A stretch of DNA of 43,508 bases, taken from contig BCIN01000001.1 of the NCBI GenBank assembly GCA_039545335.1, positions 4,191,347-4,234,854 of the forward strand. The letters are read 5' to 3'. The position numbers and the translations under genes were made by a program. Position 1 is the stretch's first letter; every line of letters starts with the position of its first letter. Shown here piece after piece: positions 12,092 to 24,233 of the stretch. The notes beneath the pieces were generated by a model. It saw nothing but the letters and a program-made list of their open reading frames with translations, was not told the origin of the DNA and did no database searches. The DNA is from Kondoa subrosea. Its lineage: Eukaryota.

Positions 12092-13102
12092 TTACTGTGT
12101 CCCTTCAACCTCCCTCACTTCACCAGGTAATCGTTGACGATTATTATAAGCTTCCGAATAAGTCGGTAAAGCATTTTGCTCTTGCACTAATTGGGCATCC
12201 AAAGATTCAGGTCTGAAATCCACTTGAGCCAAATTAAAAGTTCCAGTAGGTCTTCGATGCAAAGATGAAGAAGCATGAGGTGTTAAAGCGATATCTGAAC
12301 CTTCTCTTTCTTCTTCTTTGGATGGATCTTCATACCAAGCTTCTTTACCTCTTGCTGTATTACTTCGTGATTGTCTGCTTGGTTTGAGGAAGAAGAACCA
12401 GATGGCTCCTGAGAGAGCTGCAACGCCCAACAGTACTCCAACCGCTATTCCTGCTTTTGCCCCAGCTGAAAGCCCAGTTTGTTTTGGTCTATCCGATATT
12501 GAATCAGCTTGCGGATGGATAGAAACAGATAGAATGTACGAACAGACAAGAGGAATCATCGCTCGTTTGAACTACTACCGGCGCAGAATAACCAGTCGCA
12601 TTCAGTGAATCTTTGACAACAAAAGTGATGCTTGTGCCAGGCCGTATGTCTACACCCCAAGAAGCTGTTTGTGGTGCAGGAGCGGGAGGTAAAGTTTTGA
12701 GTATAGGTGCTTGTGATTGACCGGAATTGATTATAAAGATATCTATATAAGGAGGTGTGCCGCCAGTGAAATTGTAGGAAGCAGGAATACATTGAAATAC
12801 TGTGCAAGATGAATAAGTAACGCGCGATATGGAGTTTGATTTCCCCAGCCAGACTTACTTGGTTCTTGCGAGAAGACTATTGGTTCATTTGAGCCCGGAG
12901 TAGAGACGTTAGCTGTAGAGCTGTTTCCGCTTGATGAAGGAGCAGCAGAAGCCACTGAAGCCTGTTAACAAACAGCAGGTAAGACAAAGCATCGATAATC
13001 TGACTGTGCCAGAGATCTAGAACGGACTATGCTGGATAATCGTGCTGTTGTACCAAACAGCGAAGGCACGGATGAGCTGGATGCGGCCAGGCTTGTCGAC
13101 AT
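12092..13102 (-). CDS. Ser/Thr-rich single-pass membrane protein
   Basis: Ser-rich N-terminal exons (MSTSLAASSSSVPS; SAAPSSSGNSSTANVST), TM helix GLSAGAKAGIAVGVLLGVAALSGAIWFFFL followed by basic residues, and a cytoplasmic tail containing LPTYSEA. The start codon is tentative. Confidence 0.65.
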
Positions 13103-13358
13103 AGTGCCAGGGAGAAATCCAAGTTGGCCGATGTTTGTTAACAAGCGAGATCTTTCTTTCGCAAACAATGAATTGCCTTTGTTCGGTCGGTGCACTGATT
13201 TGGCCGTATGCTGGTCGAAGCTGTGGTGTGGTCCTCGAGGCTCAGGAACGCCAATCAAGTAGTCTATTCCGCAATCTGCCTGGCCCTTACTTTCCCAGAC
13301 AAGATGTCCGCAATCCTGGTCTCTCCTAACCATTATCTCGCCCAGCATATCCCTCGCA

Positions 13359-14396
13359 ATGCAATTTCAAATAGACACTGATGGGCAAATCCAGAACGCT
13401 CCTGGCAACAATCCGAGAGTCCAGGAACTCATCCAGCAAGCTTTCAAGTACCTGGGCAGCAACGAGAAAGCTCTTGCTCTTATATTAAAGAACATGCAGC
13501 AGTTTTATGCATTCATAGAACCTGAACGCGCTGCCTTATGCTCAGAACCAACAATGAAAGACTTCTCTGCTTTCTTCCAATTTGAGCAAAACAAGGTCAG
13601 ATATGTGAATTGCTTCACCTCTGAGAGTCGGGTTTGGGGTTATGGCCATAAAGAAGAAGAATCGGATGATAGGCTGGTTCTGATTTCGAATGATTTGGCT
13701 TTCGCCATTCATCATATTGTCAGTGAGATCCAAGCATTTCCATATATGCAGTTGTCTGACGTGGGGTGATCGATCATACAGGACGGACACCAAGCTCAAT
13801 ACTTATCAGACGCGGCTTACTTGAGCTTTCTACTCTTCATCACCGTCACACAAGAGGCTCAACATTGCTTGGCGAAAGTTCTCTTTGGTTGTGATCTTGG
13901 AACGTTCAAGGGTATTGACCCGACTAAGTTCTCCAACGGTATAGAAGTAGGGCAAAGTGGCTGGGAGTTGGAGTCAGCGCTCGTTGGAGGAAAGACGCTT
14001 ACAGATTGGGAAGGGACTGTTGGCGTAATGGAACGATTGACTGGAATGGTGATCAAGCTTCACGATGGGTCGGTTCACAACTTTGGTATGTTCTACTTCG
14101 TTCATCTAGTATTCGTCTAAGTGTGATATACAGATTTGTCATACGCTCGAAATTTCAACGCATGCGTCTATTCAGGCGCCGATATTACGCCCTTTTCACC
14201 AACTGACGCGCAACAAGTCTCACCCACTCTGCCGTCTGCCTCGACAAGAATGCGCGAAAGGGTATCTTTTTCCGGACACCATAGTCCCACTACCTCACCA
14301 CGCAGTACAGGGCAGGGCTTAAGTTCAGGCAATTTAGTTCGTATCGAGACGGGCCCTGACAGACGCGTTGTAGGCAAAGTCGTGTACGTGTGCTAG
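13359..14396 (+). CDS. Hypothetical protein with a degenerate HExxH-type (zincin-like) signature, three exons
   Basis: Three collinear ORF segments joined by GT..AG introns. Contains FLLFITVTQEAQHCLAK...GQSGWELESALVGG. Confidence 0.65.
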
Positions 14397-14638
14397 ATTG
14401 CTTTCATTTTTGCTCGTTGTAACATCATAATATACCAATCTATACTGCTTTACAAGACTTCTAGAGCTTTTCATTGCAGCACGTTCTTGATATGATAGCA
14501 ACTGATCTAGTAGATGCAACCCAAAGCAAGTTTGAACCTGTTGCCAGAAACCGTCACGATAGCAAAGCCTTTGCGATCGGCTTAGTGTTCAAGTGTAGCC
14601 TGATGAATACTATTGTGCAATATACTCAAGAGGCCTGC

Positions 14639-16418
14639 TTAGAGCACGAATACACCTGTCAAGTCCATTCTTTCGCGAAGGTCGACCTTGAAGCCATTAC
14701 TCTCTTGCTGCCTAATATCACGAACCAGCCGTTGGGCCTTGTCTACGGTATCTCTACTGATCATATTGTATGACAAGCTGTTCATCGCTAAAGAAAGACG
14801 GGTTTTTGAGCGGAGTTTCGCTTTGCTTTCGCAGAAGCACACTTACCTGAATCTAATGATATCACTTCTGTCGCTTCCAAAGCTGCAAATACAAGAGCTA
14901 TAGCCCAAACGGGCTGCAAGATAAGATTTAGCGTGAGCGAATGAGGAAAAGAGAATACCGTACTCGCAAAGGGTTCAACTTCGAGTTGCGCTCGACAATA
15001 TGCGAGGCGATGATACGATGAGCTGCTTGAACTGGTGGGCGAGGAAGCTTGATCGTATTGATTGGTTGAACGCGGTGAAAGAGACGATTGATGTAAATGA
15101 TACAAGTATTGAAAAGTGCTGAGGAGAGTAAGAGATTGCCAGTAGCTACTGAGATTTGCGCGTGCTGGTCATAACTTGAAGTAGATAGAAGTTGATCATT
15201 TGACGATGGATCGATAGCAGGAGCCAGAGTGCAAATTTCTGCTTGAAGGATTTGCAATTCATTGATGAGCTGAAGAAGATCTTGACGATTTGATATTGTT
15301 TCGATCTGCTGCAGACGCCGATGTAGGTTACTGAGGCGTGACAGAAGCCAAAGGGTATATAAGACATTGCGTAAGGTTCCAGCGAAATGAGAAGAAGGAT
15401 CTTCGACGTCGATGGTTGGTACAGAAGTAGTGGCTGTAGTGAAGGTTTCGGTGCCAATCATCGACAGGAAGTTGCCACATCCAAAACCAAATATTGACGC
15501 GCGCAAATCCAGAGTAGCAATAACCAAACATATTCGTTTCGCAGTCGGCCCAAAGTGATCGAAGTTCATACCTACATCGATCAGCTTTTGGTTCCGGACG
15601 CTGATACATGGTCACCTACTGGGTAATCGTCGAATAATCTTGCATGCGATGTCAATTCGAGCTTGCAGATGAGCGTGATCTGATCCACAAGCCGTTTCGT
15701 ACTCGCAAACCGCTAAGCTAGCAGCGATCAGCCACTCGAGATCTCTGCCGCCGGTTGGCGTTACTCTTTCTGTGCCCAAAGGAAGAGGTCCATACAAAGT
15801 AAAGCGATTCCATGCTTCAGTCGGTAAAGAGGAAGCGAAGTTTTCATGGCGACCTAGATCTTCTTGCGGAGCTCGGGTAAGATGCATGGCGCTAAGAGCT
15901 AAGAGAGTGCCGAAAAGAGTTGGGTTCTGCAATGCTTGTTTGTGTATCGAAGCTGCATAATCGATAACGCGTGTGTCTCTATCTTGCGCTTTGCGTGCCA
16001 TGGATAAGAGGAAATGTTCCACTAGTTGTTGATCGCTTGGGATCTTGCTTTCTTGGCTTTCATTTTGAGGGATGAGCAAATCAGAGGAGAGAAATTGGGT
16101 CCAATCGATGTCAGCAAAGGTTTCGGGCGCATCTGTCTCTTGTAAGGTGTTGAAGGGAGCTGCAGTAGTGTAAAGAGTAGACCCAGAAGCCACAGGCTGT
16201 TCATACACAGGTGACGGCATGTAAGGCGAGAAGCTCTCATAAGCTTTCGGTCGTGCTTTTGCTTTGGTCTTCAGTGTTGATTGGGGATATTCGCAGTCCA
16301 GATTCAGGGATAGACATCCGGTGCAGATAGGTCTCTGCTCATTGCATTTGACATGACGCTGTCGACAAGACAGGCAGCCGGCTCTTGATCGACTGAACTT
16401 TTGCTTCCGCTCGCTCAT
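14639..16418 (-). CDS. Zn(II)2Cys6 fungal transcription factor
   Basis: RSRAGCLSCRQRHVKCNEQRPICTGCLSLNLDCEYP is a canonical binuclear cluster. Downstream LFGTLLALSAMHL and the following helical exons fit a fungal TF regulatory domain. The 3' end is inferred from the last ORF segment ending at 14639. Confidence 0.9.
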
Positions 16419-16731
16419 ATTGGAATCGTTGCAGACAATACTTCAGCAAGCCAAGCCAGTAATGGTAGCATCAAGAGCAAAGGAAAATCAAATCAAGCGT
16501 ATGATACGGGATCTGACTTCGCGGCGTGCCCGCACATCGTTGGTCTCTGCTGTCGGTCAGCTAGCAGGCCTGCTGTCATTTGCAAGGATGGAGGCAGGCA
16601 AGATATAGGAACGCATTGTAAATTGTGGTCTGTTGTTCGTGGAAGACCATTCAGATGATCTGCTCTGTCCCGTACGGGCGTCAGCATTGTTCTGAGTTCC
16701 TTGTCCTACTACACCACACAGCATTATTCAT

Positions 16732-18445
16732 ATGGCAGCTCCCGGAGGCCTGCCTGCTCGTGTCCTCGTAACATATCAAGATGAAGAAATCCTAGTCAAG
16801 CGCGTTCCTTCTGTCAAGCAGCTCATCTCGCTTTGTCTGCAAGAATTCGAACTGACAGGTCCTGCATGTGATTATCGCATTTCGCTAGCTGGACATATAC
16901 TCGGAAATTCAGTCTACGAAGATCTTGCACCGGAGCCTCTGCCGCAGCTAAATCTCGTCGAAAAGCCGAAGCCCAGATTGTCGCAGGCCGGAACTCAAGC
17001 TGCAAGCACTTCAGATGCGTTGGTCAATACAACCATAGCGGGAAATACAAATCAAACGGATTCTCCGAGTACTGGTGTCACAGCAAATCAAAGCAGCTTC
17101 AGTACAGCTGCGGAATTGGCTGTAGGAGATGAGGTAGGGGACTGGACTGTCAGAAAGGCCGTACGTCCACATGGTCGCAGGTCTTCGCAAGCCTGATGCA
17201 GGAATTCAGGCTATAGTCGCACGCGCTACTGGAGCTTGCTTCCCTTCCTCGCAGCAGCCTTCCGCTCAATATCGGCCGCTATCTCAGCCCTCAGGCGAAT
17301 CTTCTACTGAGCCTACTCTCCACCCAGAACAGCGAAAGGAACCTATTTCGACCGATCCTGTGCCCTCTTCTACCCGACAGAACAGCTCTCTATCTGCCAC
17401 ACCAGCAGTTTCTCATCCACCACCGGCTAAATACCAAAAGACTACTCATGTAATACAGCGGGGTCAAGATCCAATCTCCCCATTTAACAATTATACATTT
17501 GTCATGCCTGTTCATACGTATACAAACTACCAAGCCAACTTTAGCACTCTTTCAGAAGATCAAATTCGAGGCGCGTATAATTCTTGCCATGGCAATTACA
17601 TCAACACTTTCAACCAACTTATTCTGTCAGCCGAAAAACTGTCAGCTGCCGCCGCCGCAACCGGAACTCAGCCTACAACAATGAATCAAACGGTACAGTG
17701 TGAATATTGTGATTGGAAGTCATGCAAAAGCGGGGGTTTGAAATCCAAATGCGCAATGCTCAAACGAAAAGCAGCTAAGAAGGCAAGAGAGGTGAAGGAT
17801 CAGCAAATTATGAGATCCACGTGTCAAAGCAAGACAAGTAAAGCACCTTCAGCTGCATCTTCTGCTCCGGCTGCTTCTGCTCCTCGAAGGAGTCCTCGCA
17901 AATCTGTGCGGAGAGGAGCTCAAATCCCAACGGCGCTGGGGGGATTTACTGCGGCAGAACAAGCTTTGATTGCTCGAGCTAAAGAAAGTCTGGAACAGAG
18001 TACGGTCTTAGAAGTGCTCCAAAAGCAATGCATCATCAAGACTTGGAGAGATCTTGGTCCGAGATCTATGCTTGGCTTGACCGATGCTGCACGAAACTTG
18101 GCAGATATTCACTTGATGCAGAATAATGGTGATGAAGCGGAGTGTCCTTATATTTTCAAGCTAGCAGTGGACGTTTCGTACTTTGACAGCAGTCGCTCCG
18201 ATCCGATCATCATTGTAGCAAAGAAGACTACTTCGATATGGGATATCATACAAAGATTGGCAAAGTTACTCAAGTTACAGAACATCAACCTGGACCTTAC
18301 TCGTGAAATCGAAACTTGCGATACAACTAAATGTATCGGGGAATTGGAAAGCGAGACATCAGGGATTTCTGAGAGCGGTGAACATGAAGGCTTCGCGGTG
18401 GTCGGATTATATGTATTAAGATTGCCAAATCGTACGTGGATTTAG
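16732..18445 (+). CDS. Hypothetical protein, possibly with ubiquitin-like folds at both ends and a central CUE/UBA-like helical motif
   Basis: ORFs 16732-17196 and 17171-18445 are probably joined by an intron (gtaggg...ctgatgcag at ~17134-17201). The 424-aa open frame supports coding. Domain calls are pattern-based only. Confidence 0.65.
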
Positions 18446-19183
18446 CAATAGGCAAGGAGCTCAAGGCGCGCTGAACTTAAGTAATCAATCCCGATTCCAT
18501 TTTCATAATCGTCGTCTTCTCCTCTGCATATCCACTGCACAATCAACGGTCATTCCCTCGATGCCTTAGGATGGACTTGGTGCTTTTCCCACAAGTAATG
18601 CTTTTGGCTTCCTCAAGCACAATCCAAGAAATTTCTCAAGCCAAGTATAGGAATGCGAAGCTCCAGATACACTGATTAGGCCGTAGTTGTAAGAAGGAGT
18701 CTCTTGGACACTCTCAATTCAGTGAATTGTTTCTTCCTTTCTGTCAGAAATCCATCTTCTCCAACCCATTTTGTCATAAAATCAAGCAGCGCTCTTCTTT
18801 CCTCGATATCTTTCTCTTGCTGTTCCTCTCCTGTGATCAATCTCACGCAGTACAGCAAGTATATCTCTATCATTTCGTATGTACTTGCTTACAGGTTGCT
18901 TCACTTTTCGCTGACCATCTCTACAGTGAACACATTGAATAAGGTCAACGCAGACGGACTAAACACTTCTTAGCTGCTCCCAGCCCGATGGCAGATTGCA
19001 TACCCGAACTTACCTCCAGTGCGATCATTCAAATGGCTTTGCTTGGTACTGCACGAAGAGTCGCGAAGAAGCTGCTTCGGCAGAAGAGCGTTGCAGGATC
19101 AATCACGTCGACGGTTTGGGAGGACATGATGTAGTACTTCTAGTAGAGTCTCTGAAATAGATACTTGACCGCGAGCCGTCATC

Positions 19184-21291
19184 ATGACTTCGACAATGCA
19201 CAGCGTGCTGCGATTGGACGAGATACCACATGAATTGGTACCTTTGTGGCAATGCGCCCTGGATAGCTATACCCTTGCTAACCAATTCGAAGTGAAAGAA
19301 ACTCAGAATCGCTCGCTTTATTTCTCAATCGCGCAAAAGCTGGCTGCACAGGCTGGCTATGCTCTCAAATGGTCGAGTCTGATACCTCTTGCTGCTTGCT
19401 ATGGCAAAACAAATCGTTCTGCCGTCTCTGCAATACTAGAAAATGGCGATTCGCAAGAATTGGCAGATGACATCCTTCCAGCTTTTCAGCGCCAAATAGA
19501 AACGCTGAACGAGACCAAGAATCTTACAATGAAAGATCTTGATCGAATGCACAAGCTTTCGCATTTGCTAGTCTGTCTATGTTGGACTTCTGCAACAGCG
19601 TCAAGTCTCTTAGCTGCTAACAAGACTTTCATGCTGTCTCTCTCTACACTCTATTCTCATTCTTCTACTCTACTGAAACGAATACAAGTAAAAGAGCCGC
19701 TCTCACCAGAAGCAAAGCAATACTTGAATACTCGCATCAATCTTTTGACTACTGTCTCGACTGCGCTGGAAACATACTTCACGCCCTCTCTTTCAAGCAT
19801 GGATCAAATTGAACCTCTGGCAGATCTGATGTTAGCACTGCTAGATCAACCTGAGTCAGAATCGTTAGATGAATTGGCGAATGGTCTGCTCATTGACCTG
19901 GAAGCGTACTCTGAAGTGTCTACTTGGTTCGGAACAAGAGTGCAGGGTAAAGTGAAAGGAGATGATAGACTGGAGTACATTAAATCGAGCTTGGTCTCAC
20001 TTGAAGCGGCAAATAGCAGGAGAGCGCTTGATCTGCTGCAATCGGAAGGAACTGACGCGAAGGTACCTAGTCACCATGTCTTGTATTCGTCACGACTAAG
20101 TATGATGATGCCAGGCCGAAACAAAGAGCTCACCGCTACAAGAAGCTATTGAAGCTGTCCTCTCTATTTTGCCTGATCAAACAACAAGTTTCCTCACCAA
20201 AGCTTTCCAGCATCCTTCTTTCCATACCGACTCGACATATCATGTCGATCGATTGGTCTCTGCTATATTAGAAGGAAATCTGCCATCCTCTTTCCTACTC
20301 AATCCAGCAGCTGCAGATTTCTCTCCTACAGCAACATCACCTGAGCTTAATCCAAATGCAACAGAGTTCTCCTTCCCTGCAACATCTCCTTCAGCTACTT
20401 TCAATCCTTCTGCACCTTCTTTCACTCCTGCTACAGCAACTAAACCCACTTTGCTAAGTCAACGAGCCAATATTTACGATTCCCAACCTTTGACTCAGGA
20501 AGATTTGATCTGGAAACAAAAGAAAGAAGCGTTAGAACGGGATGTACGAATCAGTGATGATTTGAAAAAGACTATAATAGCTATGGCGGAACATCAATCT
20601 GATTCAGAAGATGAGGATGAACAATATATCAGAGCTTCAGGTTGGGAAGATACTAGAGGAGTTATTGGTGGAGAAAGAAGTATTCCTTTGGATGAATATG
20701 ATGATTATGGTTTACATCTTACTGGTACGAATGCAAACAATGCGGAAAGGGATGAAGAGGATTCAGAAGATGAAGCTGCTGCTGCGGCAGAGAAGGGACC
20801 GTTCAGTCAACGGATTGTGGATTTGCTGAGTGCTGCTTATGTGGAGCATGGATTGGATGTGTTGTTGAGGATCAAACCTATGGATAAGAAGAAAGCTTCT
20901 CCTGCTAGATTGGAATTATTGGACAAGCTGAAGCGAGCTGGTTGGAATGATGGCGGTGAAGATTTGATCGAGAGTTGGGGCAAGCAGCTTGATCGAGATG
21001 TGAGTTTCACATTCCTTGCCCGAAAGAACTTGCGCTAATTTTGCCTTGCAGCCCAAGAAACAGAAAAGACTAGCCGCTTTCGAATTTGCTGGCAATCGTT
21101 CAACAGCTCCTTCTGGACCAAGCAATTCAAACAGAGGAAACGATCGTGGTCGTGGAAGAGGCAGAGGCGGTCCTTCGAGTCGAGGCGGATCCGATAGCAG
21201 TAGAGGCTCTCGAGGAGGAGGTCAACGGGGAGCACATCAACGAAGACAAAGAGGTCACGATAAAAAGACTAGAGGTGGAATAATGGGATGA
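19184..21291 (+). CDS. CUE3: CUE-domain protein, Cue3/ASCC2-like subunit of the ribosome quality-control trigger complex
   Basis: Helical N-terminal region; CUE-like AIEAVLSILPDQTTSFL...VDRLVSAILEGNLP; RANIYD; acidic DEYDD; IESWGKQLDRD; RG-rich tail ending RRQRGHDKKTRGGIMG. This matches the architecture I know for fungal Cue3/ASCC2. Two introns (~20064-20114, ~21000-21051). Confidence 0.8.
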
Positions 21292-21328
21292 CTTTCGTAA
21301 CATCTAGACATGCAACAATTGATGTATT

Positions 21329-22793
21329 CTACTTGTAAATGATTCTGAGCATTTCCTCTACTGTACCTGGATGCCAGTGCCGCCACATAGGGTTTCCATC
21401 AGCGATCTCTTCCCTATACGAAGCTGTTTGATGACCAGTAGCCATATTCAGTCGAACTTGATCCAGAAAAGTATTTGGACTAGGACTGTTCAGATCCTGC
21501 ATTAGCCTACAAGCAACTAGGTGCAGGCGCAGAAAGGAGGACGAACTCTTTTTCTATTCTTGATTTTACTTCATCCACATCTTCCCTTGAAACTGAAATC
21601 TTCTTCTTTCCTATCTTTTCGAGCAGTTGAACTATTTCAACCATGGATTTCTTATCCCCACTGATTTGGATTGATCGATTTACTAGATCTTCATGATGTG
21701 TATGCGTGATGATATGCCTGTTAAATCCGGACAATCAGCCTTAAACAAAGGAGAAGCGGAATAGGATTTATTTCGAAACATACGCCAGAAATCGCGCAGC
21801 TGTCAAGTTGAAGATAAGGACCAATCAGCGATACATGCTGATAAGCCAGTAAATCTCCACTGACTATCCAATAGACTCGTCCAGCGAACTTTCTCCTCCC
21901 CTTCTCCAACAACCGTAAACTTCCCGCTCTCCAAATCAAAGAACCGAGAGTTCTTAGCAAATAGTATATCCATAAACGATCCGGTATAAAGAAAAAGATA
22001 AGGTTGTTGTAGTTGATGAATTAGATTATGTACTCGGACTTTGTTGGAAAAGGGAGAACGAGGAATAGGATTCGTCAGAGGATCGTCGAAATCGCTGTAC
22101 CATCTCTTCGGCATGAGCAATGAGCTTGCTAATACCGAAAGGAACGTACGAGGGAATAAAGAGTTTCACTCGGGCTGCTTTGGCTGCCCGAACTAGATTT
22201 TGCTGCGGTTGACCTAATCCGCTGCCACCCTGTCAACAATGATCCTATAGATCAGAGCAAATCTGACTTCAGTAGACCTTTGCTGACCTGTCCAGAAGCA
22301 AATCAAACATTAGCCCAAAGCTAATTATGATCGAATGCGTACGGACCAAACATGAGATCAATACTCCAATATCGCTCAACGCAGCAATAAGACTATCCAT
22401 ATCTGCAAAACAAAGGAGACCAAGATGAGCTTCAAGACTCAAAAAGCTGTGTATCCCTGCGAGCTTTACCATCATATTCTACTTCTCTCCTTTGTGCAGC
22501 AGTAGGTATTTCTCTTCTATCTTCACCCTGATGTCTTCTTCTCGTCAAACAAGCTACAGTTTTGATCATCATTGAGTTCTTGAGTAGTTCCACTGATGTC
22601 ACGCGAAATCCGAAAGTCAAACACTCTCAAGCGCTGATGGAAAGGTGTGATAGCTAACCCATTAGTTGATAAGCTAGTTCACCACTACCTGCTACTGCTA
22701 CAGTACTGTAGGCCGAATAAGTCTTGTGAGCTGTTCAATTCGTGATCATCAGCGTGCTTCATGGTGCAATACAGCAGAAGCCTCACGAGCCAT
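21329..22793 (-). CDS. NmrA/isoflavone-reductase-like NAD(P)-binding oxidoreductase
   Basis: Spliced start MAPHKTYSAYSTVAVAGSG (Rossmann loop). Further family-typical segments: VACLTR, DMDSLIAALSDIGVLIS, QQNLVRAAKAARVKLFIPS, YTGSFMD, VVGEGEEKVRWTSLLD, NRSIQISGDKKSMVEI. Confidence 0.85.
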
Positions 22794-22885
22794 AGCTATC
22801 TTGTCTGTCTGTAGAAGTGTAATGAAGGCCGTTGCACGACAACCTCTCCTCGAGCAATATTCGTCGCTATCACTCGAACCACGAA

Positions 22886-24081
22886 ATGTCCGCTAAACCA
22901 GCTTCAACCCAAGCAGCAGCAGCAGTGGAAGAGGAAGATCTAGATGACTTAGACGACGTCTTGACAGAATTCTCTAAACCTGCTCCATCTACTGCTGTCC
23001 CTTCTTCTTCCAACAACAATACTACAACAAATGCTGAGGATCCACCTGAAGCTGAAATGGATTCTGATTTTCTTGCTGCTTTATCAAAAAACATGGAATC
23101 CCTGTTCAGCAAGAACTTAGCTCAAGATTCATCATTAGGAGGAGGGAATGAGGATATGAAAGCGTTCTTGGAAGCTATGATGACTTCTTCAGCAGGGGCA
23201 GGTGGTGATGGAGTATCAGAGGAAGAAGTGAACAGAGCAATGTCTGATTTGGATAGTAAACTAGCTGCGGCCTCTAGTAGTAACAATAAAGGAAAGGCGA
23301 AGGAGAGTAAAGGGTTTCAACATGCTATTAAGAGTACTGTGGATAAGATGAATGCTTCAGATGCATCAGCAAGGGTGCGTTTTCTTGTCTACTTTTGCAT
23401 CAGTGCATAGTCAGACATGGAAAGCTCACAGGCCGAAATGAACGCTTCTACTTCTGCAGCATCAGATCCATTGGCTTCTATTCTTGCCAATCTGGAAAAC
23501 GGTTTATCGGACGATCCAAACTTACAATCCGCTCTAGACGAAATGATGTCTCAACTAATGTCCAAAGAATTACTCTACGAACCAATCAAAGATCTAAACG
23601 AGAAGGTAACTCATCATCCCTTCTCTCCATCTTCTTTTGATTGTACTCTCTTTACTACTATAGTTCCCGGAATATCTAGCAACTCATAAAACTACTTTAC
23701 CAAAAGAGGAATTCGATAGATACACGAAGCAATACAAGATCATTCAACAGATTTCTGCCAAATTTGAAGATCCCAATTACACTGATGATGGTTCTAAACC
23801 GGAAGAGACCGCAGAGCTTGTTAACCTTATGCAAGAGGTGCGTTTACACATTGCGGTTTTCAGCTTGAATGCTGATGCTGCAGGTTGGTGGATGCACAGA
23901 TGCAAGCTTGTGGAGCTCGTCAGTCTGAAGCGAGTGTTCCATCAACCTTATACTGATGTTAAATTTCGCTTGGCTGACAGCACCGAAAGAACTTATGGGC
24001 GATATACCTGGAATGGATTTCGGTGCAGACGGAATGCCAGCTTTACCTCCTGGTGCAGTTCCAGATTGTCCTCAACAGTAG
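22886..24081 (+). CDS. PEX19: Peroxisomal membrane-protein import receptor Pex19
   Basis: N-terminal EEDLDDLDDVLTEF Pex3-binding motif; MMSQLMSKELLYEPIKDLNEK; MQE-MQACG..P; C-terminal CaaX CPQQ-TAG. Confidence 0.95.
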
Positions 24082-24233
24082 CAAGATTCTTTGCTTGTCA
24101 AAGAATGAAGACGGAATGGGCAAGGCGAGCTGGAGAACAGAGCGCGAAATGTATATGTCATATGCAATGTATTACTACAATTCAAGTTGTTATATCCGAA
24201 TATGAACACTGCAATACATATCGAAGCGGCGAA

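Noticed and set aside
2214..16418. ABC transporter plus Zn2Cys6 factor as a secondary-metabolite cluster
   Set aside because: No backbone enzyme (PKS, NRPS, terpene synthase) is present, and housekeeping genes such as POP1 lie between them.
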